Shown: in pieces, positions 39,444 to 49,754 of the stretch
Layout of the letters: every line of letters starts with the position of its first letter
Numbering within the stretch: position 1 is the stretch's first letter
Source of the DNA: an uncultured Bacteroidales bacterium
GTDB taxonomy: Bacteria; Bacteroidota; Bacteroidia; Bacteroidales; CAIWKO01
DNA length: 64,000 nt
Assembly (NCBI GenBank): GCA_964626855.1
Contig: CAZVKJ010000013.1
Coordinates: 5,482 to 69,481, forward strand
Direction: 5' to 3'
Position numbers and translations under genes: made by a program
The notes under the pieces: generated by a model
What the model saw: the letters and a program-made list of their open reading frames with translations, nothing else
Told to the model about the DNA's origin: nothing
The model's database searches: none

Positions 39444-41968
39444 GGCCTTTTTACAGCAGATGTCTTATTTTTCATATTTTCCTTTCTGTATTCAAAAAAC
39501 AAAGCACCTGCTAATAACAATATTATTACAACTGAGCCGGCTAATGAAACTTTTTCACCGATATAATACGATTTGGGCTCAAATTTAAATTCAATTTTAT
39601 GATCCCCTGCCGGTATCACCATGGCCCGAAGCACATAATCAGCCCGGAAATAGGGAGACTTTTCCCCGTCAATATAAGCATTCCACCCTTTATCATAATA
39701 GATCTCGGAAAAAACGGCAAGCTGGTCAGATTTCAAGCCTTTAGCTTCGTATGTGAGATGATTAGGCTTATAATCCTTTAAAACGATGGTAGATGCCGGA
39801 TCCTTCGGGCCTTTAAACATGGCAACTTCTTTCTCAAAGCGTTTATCCACTACAGCAGTTGCCGCCGGAACAAAATTATCCAATGCACTGATCTCCTCAT
39901 CAGCATTCGCGACCATCTTAACCTGCTCAACAAACCATGCGTTGCCAAGCGCAGCAGGATTTTTTAATGGCCGGGTATCCGGATTATATATATAGTATCT
40001 GGTATTTAACATATTTAATGAAGTCATCCCATATAATGTAGCAACCAGCACCGAATCCGGCACACCTGCCTGTAATGTTTTGACAAGGCGGTCATGCTCC
40101 TTTACCAGACGATGCTCTATCAGATCCTGGTAGCGCCGGAGTTTGGCCGCATGATAACCGCCAATTGATTTATGATAAAATGATGTGGTCGCATCGGTCG
40201 TAAAATTTCCGACAGTTAGATTTAAAACCCTGTAAGAGGCTGATGTATCAGCCAATATGGCTATGTCAGCATTTGATTCAGTAAAAGGATTTTCATTCTT
40301 GCTTTTTGCAATAAAATTATCATTGTTCAGATATTTCTTATCAATAGAAACCATATCAATAAGTACCAGTATTGCAACACCACCATATAGGACATATTTG
40401 CTCATTTTCTTTGCAGAGCTGTACATCCATAACAATCCTGCACCCAAAATGATAAAAGCAAAGCTTCGCAGGCATGACATTTTAAAAATAGAAATACGCG
40501 CAATCTCGAGATTCTTTATAAAATCATCTATCTGGCTTTGATTGGCCCCCTGTTTAATATATTCATTAAATTGTGCTGCCTCGGTATTTTTAATGAAGTC
40601 AAAAAATGTTGTTGGCATCAGTACAAAAAGTAGTGTCAGTCCGGCAGTAAGTCCTAGCGAAACAAAAAAATATGCTTTTTTCTCTTTGATCAGGTTGGGT
40701 GAGTCGACTATTTCTTTTAAGGCCAGAAAAGCAAGTATGGGTATTGTTAATTCAGCTACAATCATTATTGATGAAACCGCCCTGAATTTACTATAGAATG
40801 GGACATAATTGATAAAGAAATCGGTAAGCGGCATAAAGTTATGTCCCCACGACAGCATAATCGTAAGAACAGTAACCCCGAAAAGCGCCCATTTTAGTTT
40901 TCCTTTAACAATGAATAAGCCCAGAATAAACAAAAAGCATACGAAAGCCCCCGCATAAACCGGCCCACCGGTAAAAGGCATATTTCCCCAGTAGTGGTTT
41001 GACTGGCCGACCTGTTGGCGGAATTGTCTGTCGACATTATCCAGTGCTGATTTTGTTTCGCTGATGGGAGCATCACCACCGCCTTTAACATCAGGTATCA
41101 TCAGAGAAAAGGTTTCGCCTATGCCATAACTCCATTGGGTTATATAATCCTTATCCAGCCCCGATGATCTGATTTCTTTATTAGATGTTAATTCGGGCTT
41201 ACCACGTATCGTTTCATTCATATACTCAGATGACGTCCAAAGATTAGAAATATTTGGAATAACAGAAATACCACCGGCTACAATTAAAAATAAGGTTGCT
41301 TTTAAAAAGTTTGCCAGGCTTTTTTGGATAATAGCATAAATAAATTCAAATAACACAACAAACCCCAGGATCATCATGAAATAATATGTCATCTGTATAT
41401 GATTAACAGATATTTCCATAGCAAAAAACAAGGCGGTCAATGCTGCCCCCAAAAGATACCTCCCCCGGTAAGTAAGAATGAGACCGGATAAAATAGCCGG
41501 CATATAGGCGATGGCCATCGTCTTGGCATTATGCCCAACGGCAATGGTAAGGAAAAAATAAGACGAAAAGGCAAATGCCAGCGCACCCACAATTGATAAC
41601 CAGGGATCTAACTTTAATGTAATTAATAAAATAAAAAAACTCAGGAGAAGCACAAACAATATGCTGGCCGGATGCGGAAGCCAAAGTTTAAATATGGTAT
41701 TAAATACTTTAGCGATATTGGTTTTAAAAGACACATCAATCTGGTATGCAGGCATACCTCCAAACATTGAGTTTGTCCAGAGAGCCTCCTCTCCGGTGGC
41801 TTTACGAAAATCCTTTATTTCCTGTGCAGAACCCTTATAATTAACAATATCGCTCTGGTATAGCTGCTTCCCATCAAGCACGGGGCTGAAATATATTAAT
41901 GAAACAGCAATAAAAACAATTATAGCAACAGCATAAGGTAAAAACTTTTTTATATCAAAATTCTTCAT
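39440..41968 (-). CDS. YfhO family membrane protein (GT-C-like)
   Basis: WTNSMFGGMPAY, NHIQMTYY, QWSYG, YWG..PFT.GP.YAG, SIGGYHAAKLRRYQ, GWNAYIDG...RADYVLR. Confidence 0.9.
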   Translation of the reverse strand: MKNFDIKKFLPYAVAIIVFIAVSLIYFSPVLDGKQLYQSDIVNYKGSAQEIKDFRKATGEEALWTNSMFGGMPAYQIDVSFKTNIAKVFNTIFKLWLPHPASILFVLLLSFFILLITLKLDPWLSIVGALAFAFSSYFFLTIAVGHNAKTMAIAYMPAILSGLILTYRGRYLLGAALTALFFAMEISVNHIQMTYYFMMILGFVVLFEFIYAIIQKSLANFLKATLFLIVAGGISVIPNISNLWTSSEYMNETIRGKPELTSNKEIRSSGLDKDYITQWSYGIGETFSLMIPDVKGGGDAPISETKSALDNVDRQFRQQVGQSNHYWGNMPFTGGPVYAGAFVCFLFILGLFIVKGKLKWALFGVTVLTIMLSWGHNFMPLTDFFINYVPFYSKFRAVSSIMIVAELTIPILAFLALKEIVDSPNLIKEKKAYFFVSLGLTAGLTLLFVLMPTTFFDFIKNTEAAQFNEYIKQGANQSQIDDFIKNLEIARISIFKMSCLRSFAFIILGAGLLWMYSSAKKMSKYVLYGGVAILVLIDMVSIDKKYLNNDNFIAKSKNENPFTESNADIAILADTSASYRVLNLTVGNFTTDATTSFYHKSIGGYHAAKLRRYQDLIEHRLVKEHDRLVKTLQAGVPDSVLVATLYGMTSLNMLNTRYYIYNPDTRPLKNPAALGNAWFVEQVKMVANADEEISALDNFVPAATAVVDKRFEKEVAMFKGPKDPASTIVLKDYKPNHLTYEAKGLKSDQLAVFSEIYYDKGWNAYIDGEKSPYFRADYVLRAMVIPAGDHKIEFKFEPKSYYIGEKVSLAGSVVIILLLAGALFFEYRKENMKNKTSAVKRP

Positions 41969-41974
41969 AATGTA

Positions 41975-42220
41975 TTATTTTTCTTTAATTTCTTCAAAAT
42001 CAACATAATCACCAGGAGCTTCTTTTCCATCCTTGTTTTCCGGAATATAATCGATGTTAACCGAACCTTCCTTCTTTTGCGATCGCGTTGCTTGTTCAGC
42101 ATGATTCTCCATTCTTTTAGCCAGCCTTTTCAGGTAATACTTTAGTAAAAATGGAACTACATAAATTATAAGCAGCCAGGAAACAAAAACGATGAGAATA
42201 AACCAAAAAAAAATGCTCAT
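41975..42220 (-). CDS. Small membrane protein, DUF4834-like
   Basis: N-terminal TM helix; C-terminal GDYVDFEEIK; directly upstream of yfhO. Confidence 0.75.
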   Translation of the reverse strand: MSIFFWFILIVFVSWLLIIYVVPFLLKYYLKRLAKRMENHAEQATRSQKKEGSVNIDYIPENKDGKEAPGDYVDFEEIKEK

Positions 42221-42226
42221 GATAAT

Positions 42227-42262
42227 AAAAAAAATGAGGAGACAATTGACTTTGCCTCCTCA
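42227..42262 (-). terminator. Intrinsic terminator after rpmH
   Basis: TGAGGAG/CTCCTCA stem with an A8 tract (U tail on the minus strand). Confidence 0.6.
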
Positions 42263-42303
42263 AAATTAAATGTTTTTATGAAAACTGTATGTTTTCCGTA
42301 AAA

Positions 42304-42462
42304 TTATCTTTTGTGTAATTTTTCGTCAGAAACTGTTAATTTTTTTCTGCCTTCAGCCCTGCGGTTAGCTAAAACCCTTCGACCGTTAGCCGTTTCCATT
42401 TTACTGCGGAATCCATGTGTATTCCTTCTTTTGCGCTGCGATGGCTGAAATGTTCTTTTCAT
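42304..42462 (-). CDS. rpmH: 50S ribosomal protein L34 (absent from the ORF track, 52 aa)
   Basis: Translated by hand: [60 protein letters not shown] -7 motif at 42485-42492. Confidence 0.97.
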   Translation of the reverse strand: MKRTFQPSQRKRRNTHGFRSKMETANGRRVLANRRAEGRKKLTVSDEKLHKR

Positions 42463-42577
42463 TACTTTACTTTTTTAGGGAGTGCAAAAGTAAACATATT
42501 TTTCAGTTCTACAAATAATTTAATAAATTTTATTCAAAAAAAAATCAGCCGGACGTAGCAGGTAATAAATTTTTGTA

Positions 42578-42585
42578 TATCTTTG
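42578..42585 (+). promoter_or_regulatory. Bacteroidota -7 element for rplU-rpmA
   Basis: TATCTTTG, 32 nt before the ATG. Confidence 0.65.
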
Positions 42586-42617
42586 CAGTCCATTTTTAAA
42601 AATATAAATTACATACA

Positions 42618-42929
42618 ATGTACGCAATAGTTGATATCGCCGGGCAACAATTCAAAGTAGAAAAAGAACAGGAAATTTTTGTCCACCGCCTTGAAGGTGA
42701 AGAAGGATCGTCCGTTACTTTTGATAAAGTTCTGCTTGTTGAAGATTCGGGAAAAGTTAATGTTGGAACGCCCAATATAGCCGGCGCCAGTATTAATGCC
42801 AAAATATTATCGCACGACAAAGGCGATAAAGTGCTCGTTTTCAAAAAGAAAAGAAGAAAAGGATATCAGAAGTGCAATGGGCACAGACAGTATCTGACCA
42901 AAATCCAGATTGAAAATATAAATCTATAG
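42618..42929 (+). CDS. rplU: 50S ribosomal protein L21
   Basis: MYAIVDIAGQQFKV...KKKRRKGY...GHRQ. Confidence 0.98.
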   Translation: MYAIVDIAGQQFKVEKEQEIFVHRLEGEEGSSVTFDKVLLVEDSGKVNVGTPNIAGASINAKILSHDKGDKVLVFKKKRRKGYQKCNGHRQYLTKIQIENINL

Positions 42930-42952
42930 TATTAAAGTAAAAATATAAAGTT

Positions 42953-43231
42953 ATGGCACATAAGAAAGGTGCTGGAAGTTCGACCAACGGTCGCGAATCG
43001 CACAGTAAACGTTTAGGAATAAAAATATTTGGAGGACAGTTGGCCCTTGCCGGGAACATTATTGTTCGCCAAAGAGGTACTGTTCATCATCCGGGGCTCA
43101 ATGTTGGTATGGGAACCGACCACACCATCTTTGCAACAACTGACGGAATCGTCGAGTTCAAGAAAAAGAAAAACGACCGTTCTTATGTTTCAGTTGTTCC
43201 CTTAGAAACTCAAGATACCGAAAAAAATTAA
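42953..43231 (+). CDS. rpmA: 50S ribosomal protein L27
   Basis: [32 protein letters not shown]. Confidence 0.98.
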   Translation: MAHKKGAGSSTNGRESHSKRLGIKIFGGQLALAGNIIVRQRGTVHHPGLNVGMGTDHTIFATTDGIVEFKKKKNDRSYVSVVPLETQDTEKN

Positions 43232-43253
43232 TTTCAGAAATTAATTGAGAAAT

Positions 43254-43289
43254 ATCTCCGGTTGCGTTTTGTAATCGGAGATTTTTTTT
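43254..43289 (+). terminator. Intrinsic terminator after rpmA
   Basis: ATCTCCGGTTGC/GTAATCGGAGAT stem followed by a T-run. Confidence 0.75.
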
Positions 43290-43321
43290 ATTTATATTAG
43301 ATTTTTTTGAATTAACATACT

Positions 43322-44593
43322 ATGATACAACTTAGCACCCTGCGCAATGATTCTGAAAAAATCATCAGGTCACTGGCAACAAAAAACTTCGATGCTTCTC
43401 AGATTGTTTCTGAAATCCTTACCCGCGATGATGAACGCCGAAGCACACAAAAAATGATGGATGACCTTCTCGCCGAATCAAATAAGCTGGCAAAAGAAAC
43501 AGGCGAACTGTTTAAAAATGGCAAAACCGACGAGGCCAACATCCTGAAAGCAACATCTATTGAAATAAAAAAAACGGTAAAAACCCTGGAAGATAAATTA
43601 AAACTCATTGAGGATCAACTAAATTCATTACTGCTTCAGCTGCCCAATACACCTCATGAATCCATAAAACCCGGAAAATCTTCCGAAGATAATGAAATCG
43701 TTTTCAGCGAGGGCATTATGCCGGATCTTGGCGAAAATGCTTTGCCCCACTGGGATTTGGCCACCAGGTATAAACTGATCGATTTTGAACTGGGAAATAA
43801 AATTACAGGCGCAGGTTTTCCAGTTTACACCGGCAAAGGAGCCCGCCTTCAAAGGGCTTTAATTCAATTCTTTCTTGATTCAGCTGTCAATGCAGGGTAC
43901 AATGAAATTCAGCCGCCTCTAATGGTCAATGAAGCATCGGCTTTCGGCACAGGGCAACTGCCCGACAAAGACGGACAAATGTATTATATCAATGCCGATA
44001 ATCTTTATATGATACCAACGGCAGAAGTTCCGGTAACCAACCTATACCGGGATATGATTCTCAAAGAAAGCGATCTTCCTGTAAAAAATGCCGCTTACTC
44101 AGGATGCTTCCGCCGCGAAGCCGGATCATACGGCAAAGACGTAAGAGGGTTAAACCGCCTGCATCAGTTCGACAAAGTGGAAATAGTCCAGATTCAACAT
44201 CCGGAAAAATCATATGAAACATTGAAAGAAATGTGCGATCATGTTACCGGATTGCTGAGAAAACTGGAACTCCCGTTTCGTATATTGAAATTATGCGGAG
44301 GAGACCTTAGTTTTACTTCAGCCATGACTTATGATTTTGAAGTCTGGTCGGGCGCACAAAAAAGATGGCTTGAAGTCAGCTCGGTTTCAAACTTTGAAAA
44401 CTACCAGGCCAACCGTATGAAACTTCGTTTCAAAAATAAAGAAGGGAAAATAAATTTTGCCCATACACTAAACGGAAGTGCATTAGCGTTACCAAGAATT
44501 GTAGCTGCTCTGCTTGAAAATAATCAAACCGACGGAGGAATCAAAATCCCTGAGGTATTGATTAAATATACAGGATTTGATGTTATTAACTAA
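43322..44593 (+). CDS. serS: Serine--tRNA ligase
   Basis: GTGQLP, IPTAEVP, FRREAGSYG, RLHQFDKVE, EVSSVSN, HTLNGSALALPR. Confidence 0.97.
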   Translation: MIQLSTLRNDSEKIIRSLATKNFDASQIVSEILTRDDERRSTQKMMDDLLAESNKLAKETGELFKNGKTDEANILKATSIEIKKTVKTLEDKLKLIEDQLNSLLLQLPNTPHESIKPGKSSEDNEIVFSEGIMPDLGENALPHWDLATRYKLIDFELGNKITGAGFPVYTGKGARLQRALIQFFLDSAVNAGYNEIQPPLMVNEASAFGTGQLPDKDGQMYYINADNLYMIPTAEVPVTNLYRDMILKESDLPVKNAAYSGCFRREAGSYGKDVRGLNRLHQFDKVEIVQIQHPEKSYETLKEMCDHVTGLLRKLELPFRILKLCGGDLSFTSAMTYDFEVWSGAQKRWLEVSSVSNFENYQANRMKLRFKNKEGKINFAHTLNGSALALPRIVAALLENNQTDGGIKIPEVLIKYTGFDVIN

Positions 44594-44607
44594 AACACTT
44601 TTTAATA

Positions 44608-45162
44608 ATGAAGAGGTTTTTCAATGTTTTTTTAATTCTGGCTATTGTTGCACTTTCTTCATGCAATAACGCTGTCAAGCAAAAGCAACTGGCAAAAATT
44701 GACAGTCTGTCTGTCATCCTTGATTCTGCAAATGTCCAACTAACTAAAATTAATTTAGATACCATAAAGAATATATTTGCCAAATTCGAAGAAACAAACG
44801 AAAAGGCTTCTGAACATTATCAGAAATACCGGACTGAAGAAAACTGGAAATTTGTTTGTGCCTACCAGCAAGTCAAAAAGCCAATTAAGGAAATGATCGA
44901 AAAATATCAATCATTTTCAGAGGATTTAAATACTTCAAAAAAACAGCTTGACGACCTCAGACATGATGTGAACAAAAATCTCATTAATGAAAAAGATTTC
45001 GCTTCATATTTCAATATGGAAGTAAAATCGGCAGGTGATCTAAGCATCAGGATTAAAATGAAAACTGGAAATGCATTAAAACAAATGAAAAATTTCGATA
45101 CGATCCACCCTTACATGTTAAAACTTATCGACAGTTATTCTGAAAACAAAACTAAAAAATAA
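44608..45162 (+). CDS. Hypothetical lipoprotein (helical/coiled-coil)
   Basis: Lipobox LSSC after a hydrophobic signal; co-oriented within the serS operon. Confidence 0.7.
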   Translation: MKRFFNVFLILAIVALSSCNNAVKQKQLAKIDSLSVILDSANVQLTKINLDTIKNIFAKFEETNEKASEHYQKYRTEENWKFVCAYQQVKKPIKEMIEKYQSFSEDLNTSKKQLDDLRHDVNKNLINEKDFASYFNMEVKSAGDLSIRIKMKTGNALKQMKNFDTIHPYMLKLIDSYSENKTKK

Positions 45163-45164
45163 AT

Positions 45165-47036
45165 ATGTTTTTGGGGCATAGACTTGCATACGACACGGTA
45201 AAGCAGCCAATACAAACCAGGGTTGTTGTTTTATTGTTGTTTATGTTATTTGCTGTCGTGCGGGTTTTTGCCCAGTCAGATACGAATGAAAAGCTTGCCA
45301 TACAATATTTTCAGGATAAAGAATATGAAAAAGCCGCAATTCTTTTCGAAGAATTATATAATAAAGCCCCCACCCCTTTCATTTATAACTATTATCTGAA
45401 TTGCCTGACAGAACTGAAAGATTACGATAAAGCAGAGAAATTTGTTAGCAAGGCCATCAGGAAAAACCCGGGAAATTTTGCTTTACTCGTTGACCTGGGT
45501 TATGTTTATAATATGGGAAACGAACCTGAAAAGGCAAAAAAGCAATTTGAAAACACCCTTAAATCAATTTCAGCCGATCCGGAACAGATTACTTCCATTG
45601 CCAATGCTTTTGTATCACGCGACCAGGCCGACTATGCCATAAGAGCATACGAGCAGGGTCAAAAAATTTTAAAAAACGCATATAATTTTAACCTCGAAAT
45701 CGCTGAGATATACCTGAAAAAAAACGATTTTGCCTCAGCTCTGAACCAGTTCCTTGATTATATCGGCACATTTCCGGGATCAACAGATCAGATACAATCA
45801 AAATTACAGGACTTACTGGTGAATGACCCGGAAAACACCAGAAACAACATATTTAAAACCTCCCTCCTGCAGTGCATTAAAAAGGAGCCTGACATTAAAT
45901 CTTACCCCGAACTTTTATTATGGTACTTTATTCAGGAAAAAGAATTCGGAGCAGCCATCATTCAGGCAAAAGCGATTGACAAACGGTTTAATGAAGACGG
46001 GGAAAGGGTATTCAACCTGGCAGCTATCGCGGCTTCCAATGGGTCTTATGATGATGCCATTTCATGTTATGATTATATTCTGAGTCAAAAAGATGTGTAT
46101 TCTGCATATTATCAATCATCGCTGGTGGAAAAACTGAACACCAAATACCTGAAGGTTGTCAATACCCCTGATGTCAAGCCGGAGGAACTTGAATCACTTG
46201 AAAAAGAATATTACGATCTTATTAATAAGAACGGAAAAAATAGCTATGCCGTACAGCTAATTAAAAACCTTGCTCATCTGCAGGCTTTTTATATGGATAA
46301 ATCAAACCAGGCAATTGAAATTCTTCAAAAAGCCATCGAATACATCAACATTCCCGCCGAACTTATTGCTCAGTGTAAAGTTGAACTTGCCGACATCCTG
46401 CTCCTTACGGGTGATGTATGGGAAGCAAGCCTGCTGTATTCACAGGTTGAAAAAGCCTTTAAGAATGATGTAATTGGTTTTGATGCAAAATTCCGAAACG
46501 CAAAACTTTATTATTATATCAACGAGTTTGAGTATGCTAAAGCGCAGCTTGATATTCTTAAAGCAGCCACATCGAAACTGATCGCCAATGATGCAATGGC
46601 GCTATCGCTGCTGATCAGCGACAATCTTGATGAAGACAGTACAACAACAGGTCTGAAATTATATGCGCATGCCGAGCTTCTCATTTTTCAAAACAAAGAT
46701 GAACAGGCCTTTAAAACGCTTGATTCTATAAATATGCTGGGATTGTATCACCCTTTGTTCGATGAGGTTTTTTACAAAAAAGCTCAGATCCGTTTACGCC
46801 AGGGCCGGTATGCCGATGCCGATACCTTGCTCGAAAAGCTGGTAAATATGTATTCTTCTGATATTTTAGCCGATGATGCACTCTTTTTGCTGGGGCAATT
46901 AAATGAACAGCAATTTAAAAATAATACCCGGGCCATGGAATTTTATGAGCGTATCCTGACTGATTATCCGGGCAGCATATATGTAGGGGAAGCACGCAGA
47001 CATTATCGTGTTCTCAGGGGCGATAAAATCAATTGA
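45165..47036 (+). CDS. Tetratricopeptide repeat protein (exported)
   Basis: Many TPR-like helical pairs; LKAATSKLIANDA motif; exact start uncertain. Confidence 0.85.
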   Translation: MFLGHRLAYDTVKQPIQTRVVVLLLFMLFAVVRVFAQSDTNEKLAIQYFQDKEYEKAAILFEELYNKAPTPFIYNYYLNCLTELKDYDKAEKFVSKAIRKNPGNFALLVDLGYVYNMGNEPEKAKKQFENTLKSISADPEQITSIANAFVSRDQADYAIRAYEQGQKILKNAYNFNLEIAEIYLKKNDFASALNQFLDYIGTFPGSTDQIQSKLQDLLVNDPENTRNNIFKTSLLQCIKKEPDIKSYPELLLWYFIQEKEFGAAIIQAKAIDKRFNEDGERVFNLAAIAASNGSYDDAISCYDYILSQKDVYSAYYQSSLVEKLNTKYLKVVNTPDVKPEELESLEKEYYDLINKNGKNSYAVQLIKNLAHLQAFYMDKSNQAIEILQKAIEYINIPAELIAQCKVELADILLLTGDVWEASLLYSQVEKAFKNDVIGFDAKFRNAKLYYYINEFEYAKAQLDILKAATSKLIANDAMALSLLISDNLDEDSTTTGLKLYAHAELLIFQNKDEQAFKTLDSINMLGLYHPLFDEVFYKKAQIRLRQGRYADADTLLEKLVNMYSSDILADDALFLLGQLNEQQFKNNTRAMEFYERILTDYPGSIYVGEARRHYRVLRGDKIN

Positions 47037-47037
47037 A

Positions 47038-47814
47038 ATGCCTTCAGTTCACCCTAAAAAATATTTTGGCCAGCATTTTTTAAAAGATGAAAATATTGCA
47101 GTTAAAATCTGTGAAAGCCTTACGCTTCATGGAAATTATACGCATGTACTCGAAATCGGCCCCGGCACAGGAGTATTAACAAAATATCTTTTTAAATCAG
47201 AGCGTTTTCAAACTACACTTATTGAAGTTGATCGCGATGCGTATCATTATTTAATTGAAAAATATCCGCTTCAGGCATCCAATATTATCTTCGGTGATTT
47301 TCTCGAGATTGATATCCATAAACTATTCAGTGGCCCCTTTGCCATTATTGGAAATTTCCCTTATAACATTTCAACCCAAATTTTGTTCAGGATTTTTGAA
47401 AACAGGGATCAAATTCCGGAAATGGTCGGTATGTTCCAGAAGGAAGTGGCCCAAAGGATTGCATCGCCTCCGGGATCAAAACAATATGGAATATTAAGTG
47501 TGCTGCTGCAAGCATTTTATGATATTGACTATCTTTTTACAGTTGATGAACATGTTTTTTATCCTCCTCCTAAAATAAAATCAGCCGTGATCAGGCTCAG
47601 AAGAAACGAAACCATTGACCTGGGCTGCGATGTAACCATCTTTACCGAAATAATAAAAAAGGCTTTCAACCAAAGGAGAAAAACACTGAGAAATGCACTG
47701 TCAATCTATGGTTCACAAATAGATTTATCGGAGGCACTTTTTAACAAACGCGCTGAACAGCTTGGTGTGGAAGAATTTATAAATATTGCAAAACGTGCAT
47801 ATGACAGACGGTAA
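47038..47814 (+). CDS. rsmA: 16S rRNA m6,2A dimethyltransferase RsmA/KsgA
   Basis: KKYFGQHFL, LEIGPGTG, GNFPYNIS, MFQKEVA, FNQRRKTLRN. Confidence 0.96.
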   Translation: MPSVHPKKYFGQHFLKDENIAVKICESLTLHGNYTHVLEIGPGTGVLTKYLFKSERFQTTLIEVDRDAYHYLIEKYPLQASNIIFGDFLEIDIHKLFSGPFAIIGNFPYNISTQILFRIFENRDQIPEMVGMFQKEVAQRIASPPGSKQYGILSVLLQAFYDIDYLFTVDEHVFYPPPKIKSAVIRLRRNETIDLGCDVTIFTEIIKKAFNQRRKTLRNALSIYGSQIDLSEALFNKRAEQLGVEEFINIAKRAYDRR

Positions 47815-47864
47815 AACATAATTTGTTCCCCGTCCAGTCAAAATTTTTTCAATTAAAAAATCTG

Positions 47865-48473
47865 CTAAATGGCTCCTTCAACATTCTTCATGATGTTGTA
47901 AAGGAATTCCCGTGCACGGAATAACTGGGCTTTAACGGTACCGATAGGAATTGACATTTCTTCGGCAATTTCTTCATAGGAGTATTCGTCAAAGTAACGC
48001 AACTGAACAAGGCGGCGATAGTTAGGTTTAAGCTTTTCCACAACCTCGCGCATCATCATTATTTTCTGCCGTTCAATCATTTTTTCTTCCGGGTCGGGCG
48101 TGTGTGAAGGCAGAATTTGCGACATGTCCGTGCCTTCTTCATCAACAACAGTTTTATTAATGGAAAGTGTTTCCATTTTTTTACGGCGGATGTAATCAAT
48201 ACAGTTGTTTGAAGCTATCTTAAACAACCATGTACTGAATGCATAATCCGGTGTATACTGGTCAAGTTTTTTAAAGGCTTTGCCAAAAGCTTCGATAGTA
48301 AGGTCGTCGGCATCATCAGGATTATTGGTCATTTTCAGTAACAGAAAATAAATGGCATCCCGGTAAAAACCCATAAGCTCGGCATAAGCTTTCTGGTTGC
48401 CTTGCGTTAATGCAAGCTGAACCAGCTTATAATCACGCTGAGCTTTATCGGTCAAATTGGGATTTATTTCCAT
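47865..48473 (-). CDS. ECF-type sigma-70 factor (SigW-like)
   Basis: DADDLTIEAF, FSTWLFKIASNNCIDY, YSYEEIAE...GTVKAQLFRAR. Confidence 0.93.
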   Translation of the reverse strand: MEINPNLTDKAQRDYKLVQLALTQGNQKAYAELMGFYRDAIYFLLLKMTNNPDDADDLTIEAFGKAFKKLDQYTPDYAFSTWLFKIASNNCIDYIRRKKMETLSINKTVVDEEGTDMSQILPSHTPDPEEKMIERQKIMMMREVVEKLKPNYRRLVQLRYFDEYSYEEIAEEMSIPIGTVKAQLFRAREFLYNIMKNVEGAI

Positions 48474-49609
48474 CTGTTTTGCTGTTTTCCGGTATTTGAA
48501 AGCATCAGTAGCGTATTGAAAAAGATAAAATATATCTCATAAAAAGGCGAAAATAATAATAAATTCCTTTCTTTCAACTTTATCATTGCTTTTTTAACGA
48601 TAAATAATTGAGTAATCAACCGTAGAAAAATTACCGAACCTATAATGATCAGGGTCATGAAATTTCGGTAAAACAATAAAATAAAAACAGGTAAGGAATA
48701 GAACCCAAGTGTTGAAAGCGGCAATAATGTCAGCAATGATTTATGCCACCATTTATAATATTTACCGGTGGTCAGATGCCTTTTTTTCTGAAAAAACCAC
48801 TCATTAAAAGTCCTTTTAGATTCAGATATAGTATGGCTTTCAGGAAGAAAAACAATGGCCGTATTTTTACTGGTTGCATTCTGATTTATAAATAAATCAT
48901 CATCTCCGGAATTAACATGGTAATGACTGACAAACCCTTTGGATTTCATGAATAAACTTTTGCGATAGGCAAGGTTTCTGCCCACGCCCATATATGGCAT
49001 TTTGCATTTTGCAAATGAAAAATACTGCAGGGCTATTGATAAAGTATCATACCGGATAAGCTTATCAAGTAATCCTTTTCTCGGTTCATAGGCACCATAA
49101 CCCAAAACAATGTCTGTCGCAGCACGGGAAAACGGGGCCTGCATTTCCTTTATCCAATTTTTACTTACGGGCTGACAATCAGCATCCGTCAGTAAAACAA
49201 TTTCGTGATGTGCCGATTTTATTCCCAAAGAAAGCGAGAATTTCTTACCGTTAAAAAAATTACTGTTTTTCTCGGTATTCAATATAATCAGGTTGGGATA
49301 TTTCCTCGACAGGTCATTAAGAAGTCCGACGGTATCATCATCAGATTCATCATTAACTACAATCACTTCAAAATTCGGATAGTCCTGCTCAAGAATGGCC
49401 GGCAAATTTTTTTCGAGGTTGTAATATTCATTTCGTGCACAGATCACAACAGAAACCGGTAAAGAAGTATCTGAATAACTTTTTTTACGGCTAAAAACAA
49501 ATCCTGAAAAAATCCCCCAGAAAAAAATCATCTGAATGAGAAACAGGCTCAAAAATGCTACATAAAAGTATAATTGATCCTGATCTTGAATTACCTGGCC
49601 AAAGATCAT
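48464..49609 (-). CDS. Membrane glycosyltransferase family 2
   Basis: SVVICARNE, VNDESDD, LTDADC, SGDDDLF, QKKRH. Start moved to ATG 49609 because a TACTTTTG -7 motif occupies 49627-49634. Confidence 0.9.
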   Translation of the reverse strand: MIFGQVIQDQDQLYFYVAFLSLFLIQMIFFWGIFSGFVFSRKKSYSDTSLPVSVVICARNEYYNLEKNLPAILEQDYPNFEVIVVNDESDDDTVGLLNDLSRKYPNLIILNTEKNSNFFNGKKFSLSLGIKSAHHEIVLLTDADCQPVSKNWIKEMQAPFSRAATDIVLGYGAYEPRKGLLDKLIRYDTLSIALQYFSFAKCKMPYMGVGRNLAYRKSLFMKSKGFVSHYHVNSGDDDLFINQNATSKNTAIVFLPESHTISESKRTFNEWFFQKKRHLTTGKYYKWWHKSLLTLLPLSTLGFYSLPVFILLFYRNFMTLIIIGSVIFLRLITQLFIVKKAMIKLKERNLLLFSPFYEIYFIFFNTLLMLSNTGKQQNRWK

Positions 49610-49742
49610 ACAACTGCAATATAGCACAAAAGTAATTCATTATTTATTTTCTTACACTTCACTATCGAAAACTTTTACACCTTTTTATGTTTATTATTAA
49701 AACTGATGATATTAACAATTGCCATGACGTGTTTAAAAAATC

Positions 49743-49750
49743 TATTTTTG
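49743..49750 (+). promoter_or_regulatory. Bacteroidota -7 element for tgt (probably a leaderless transcript)
   Basis: TATTTTTG followed by CACC and the ATG. Confidence 0.6.
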
Positions 49751-49754
49751 CACC

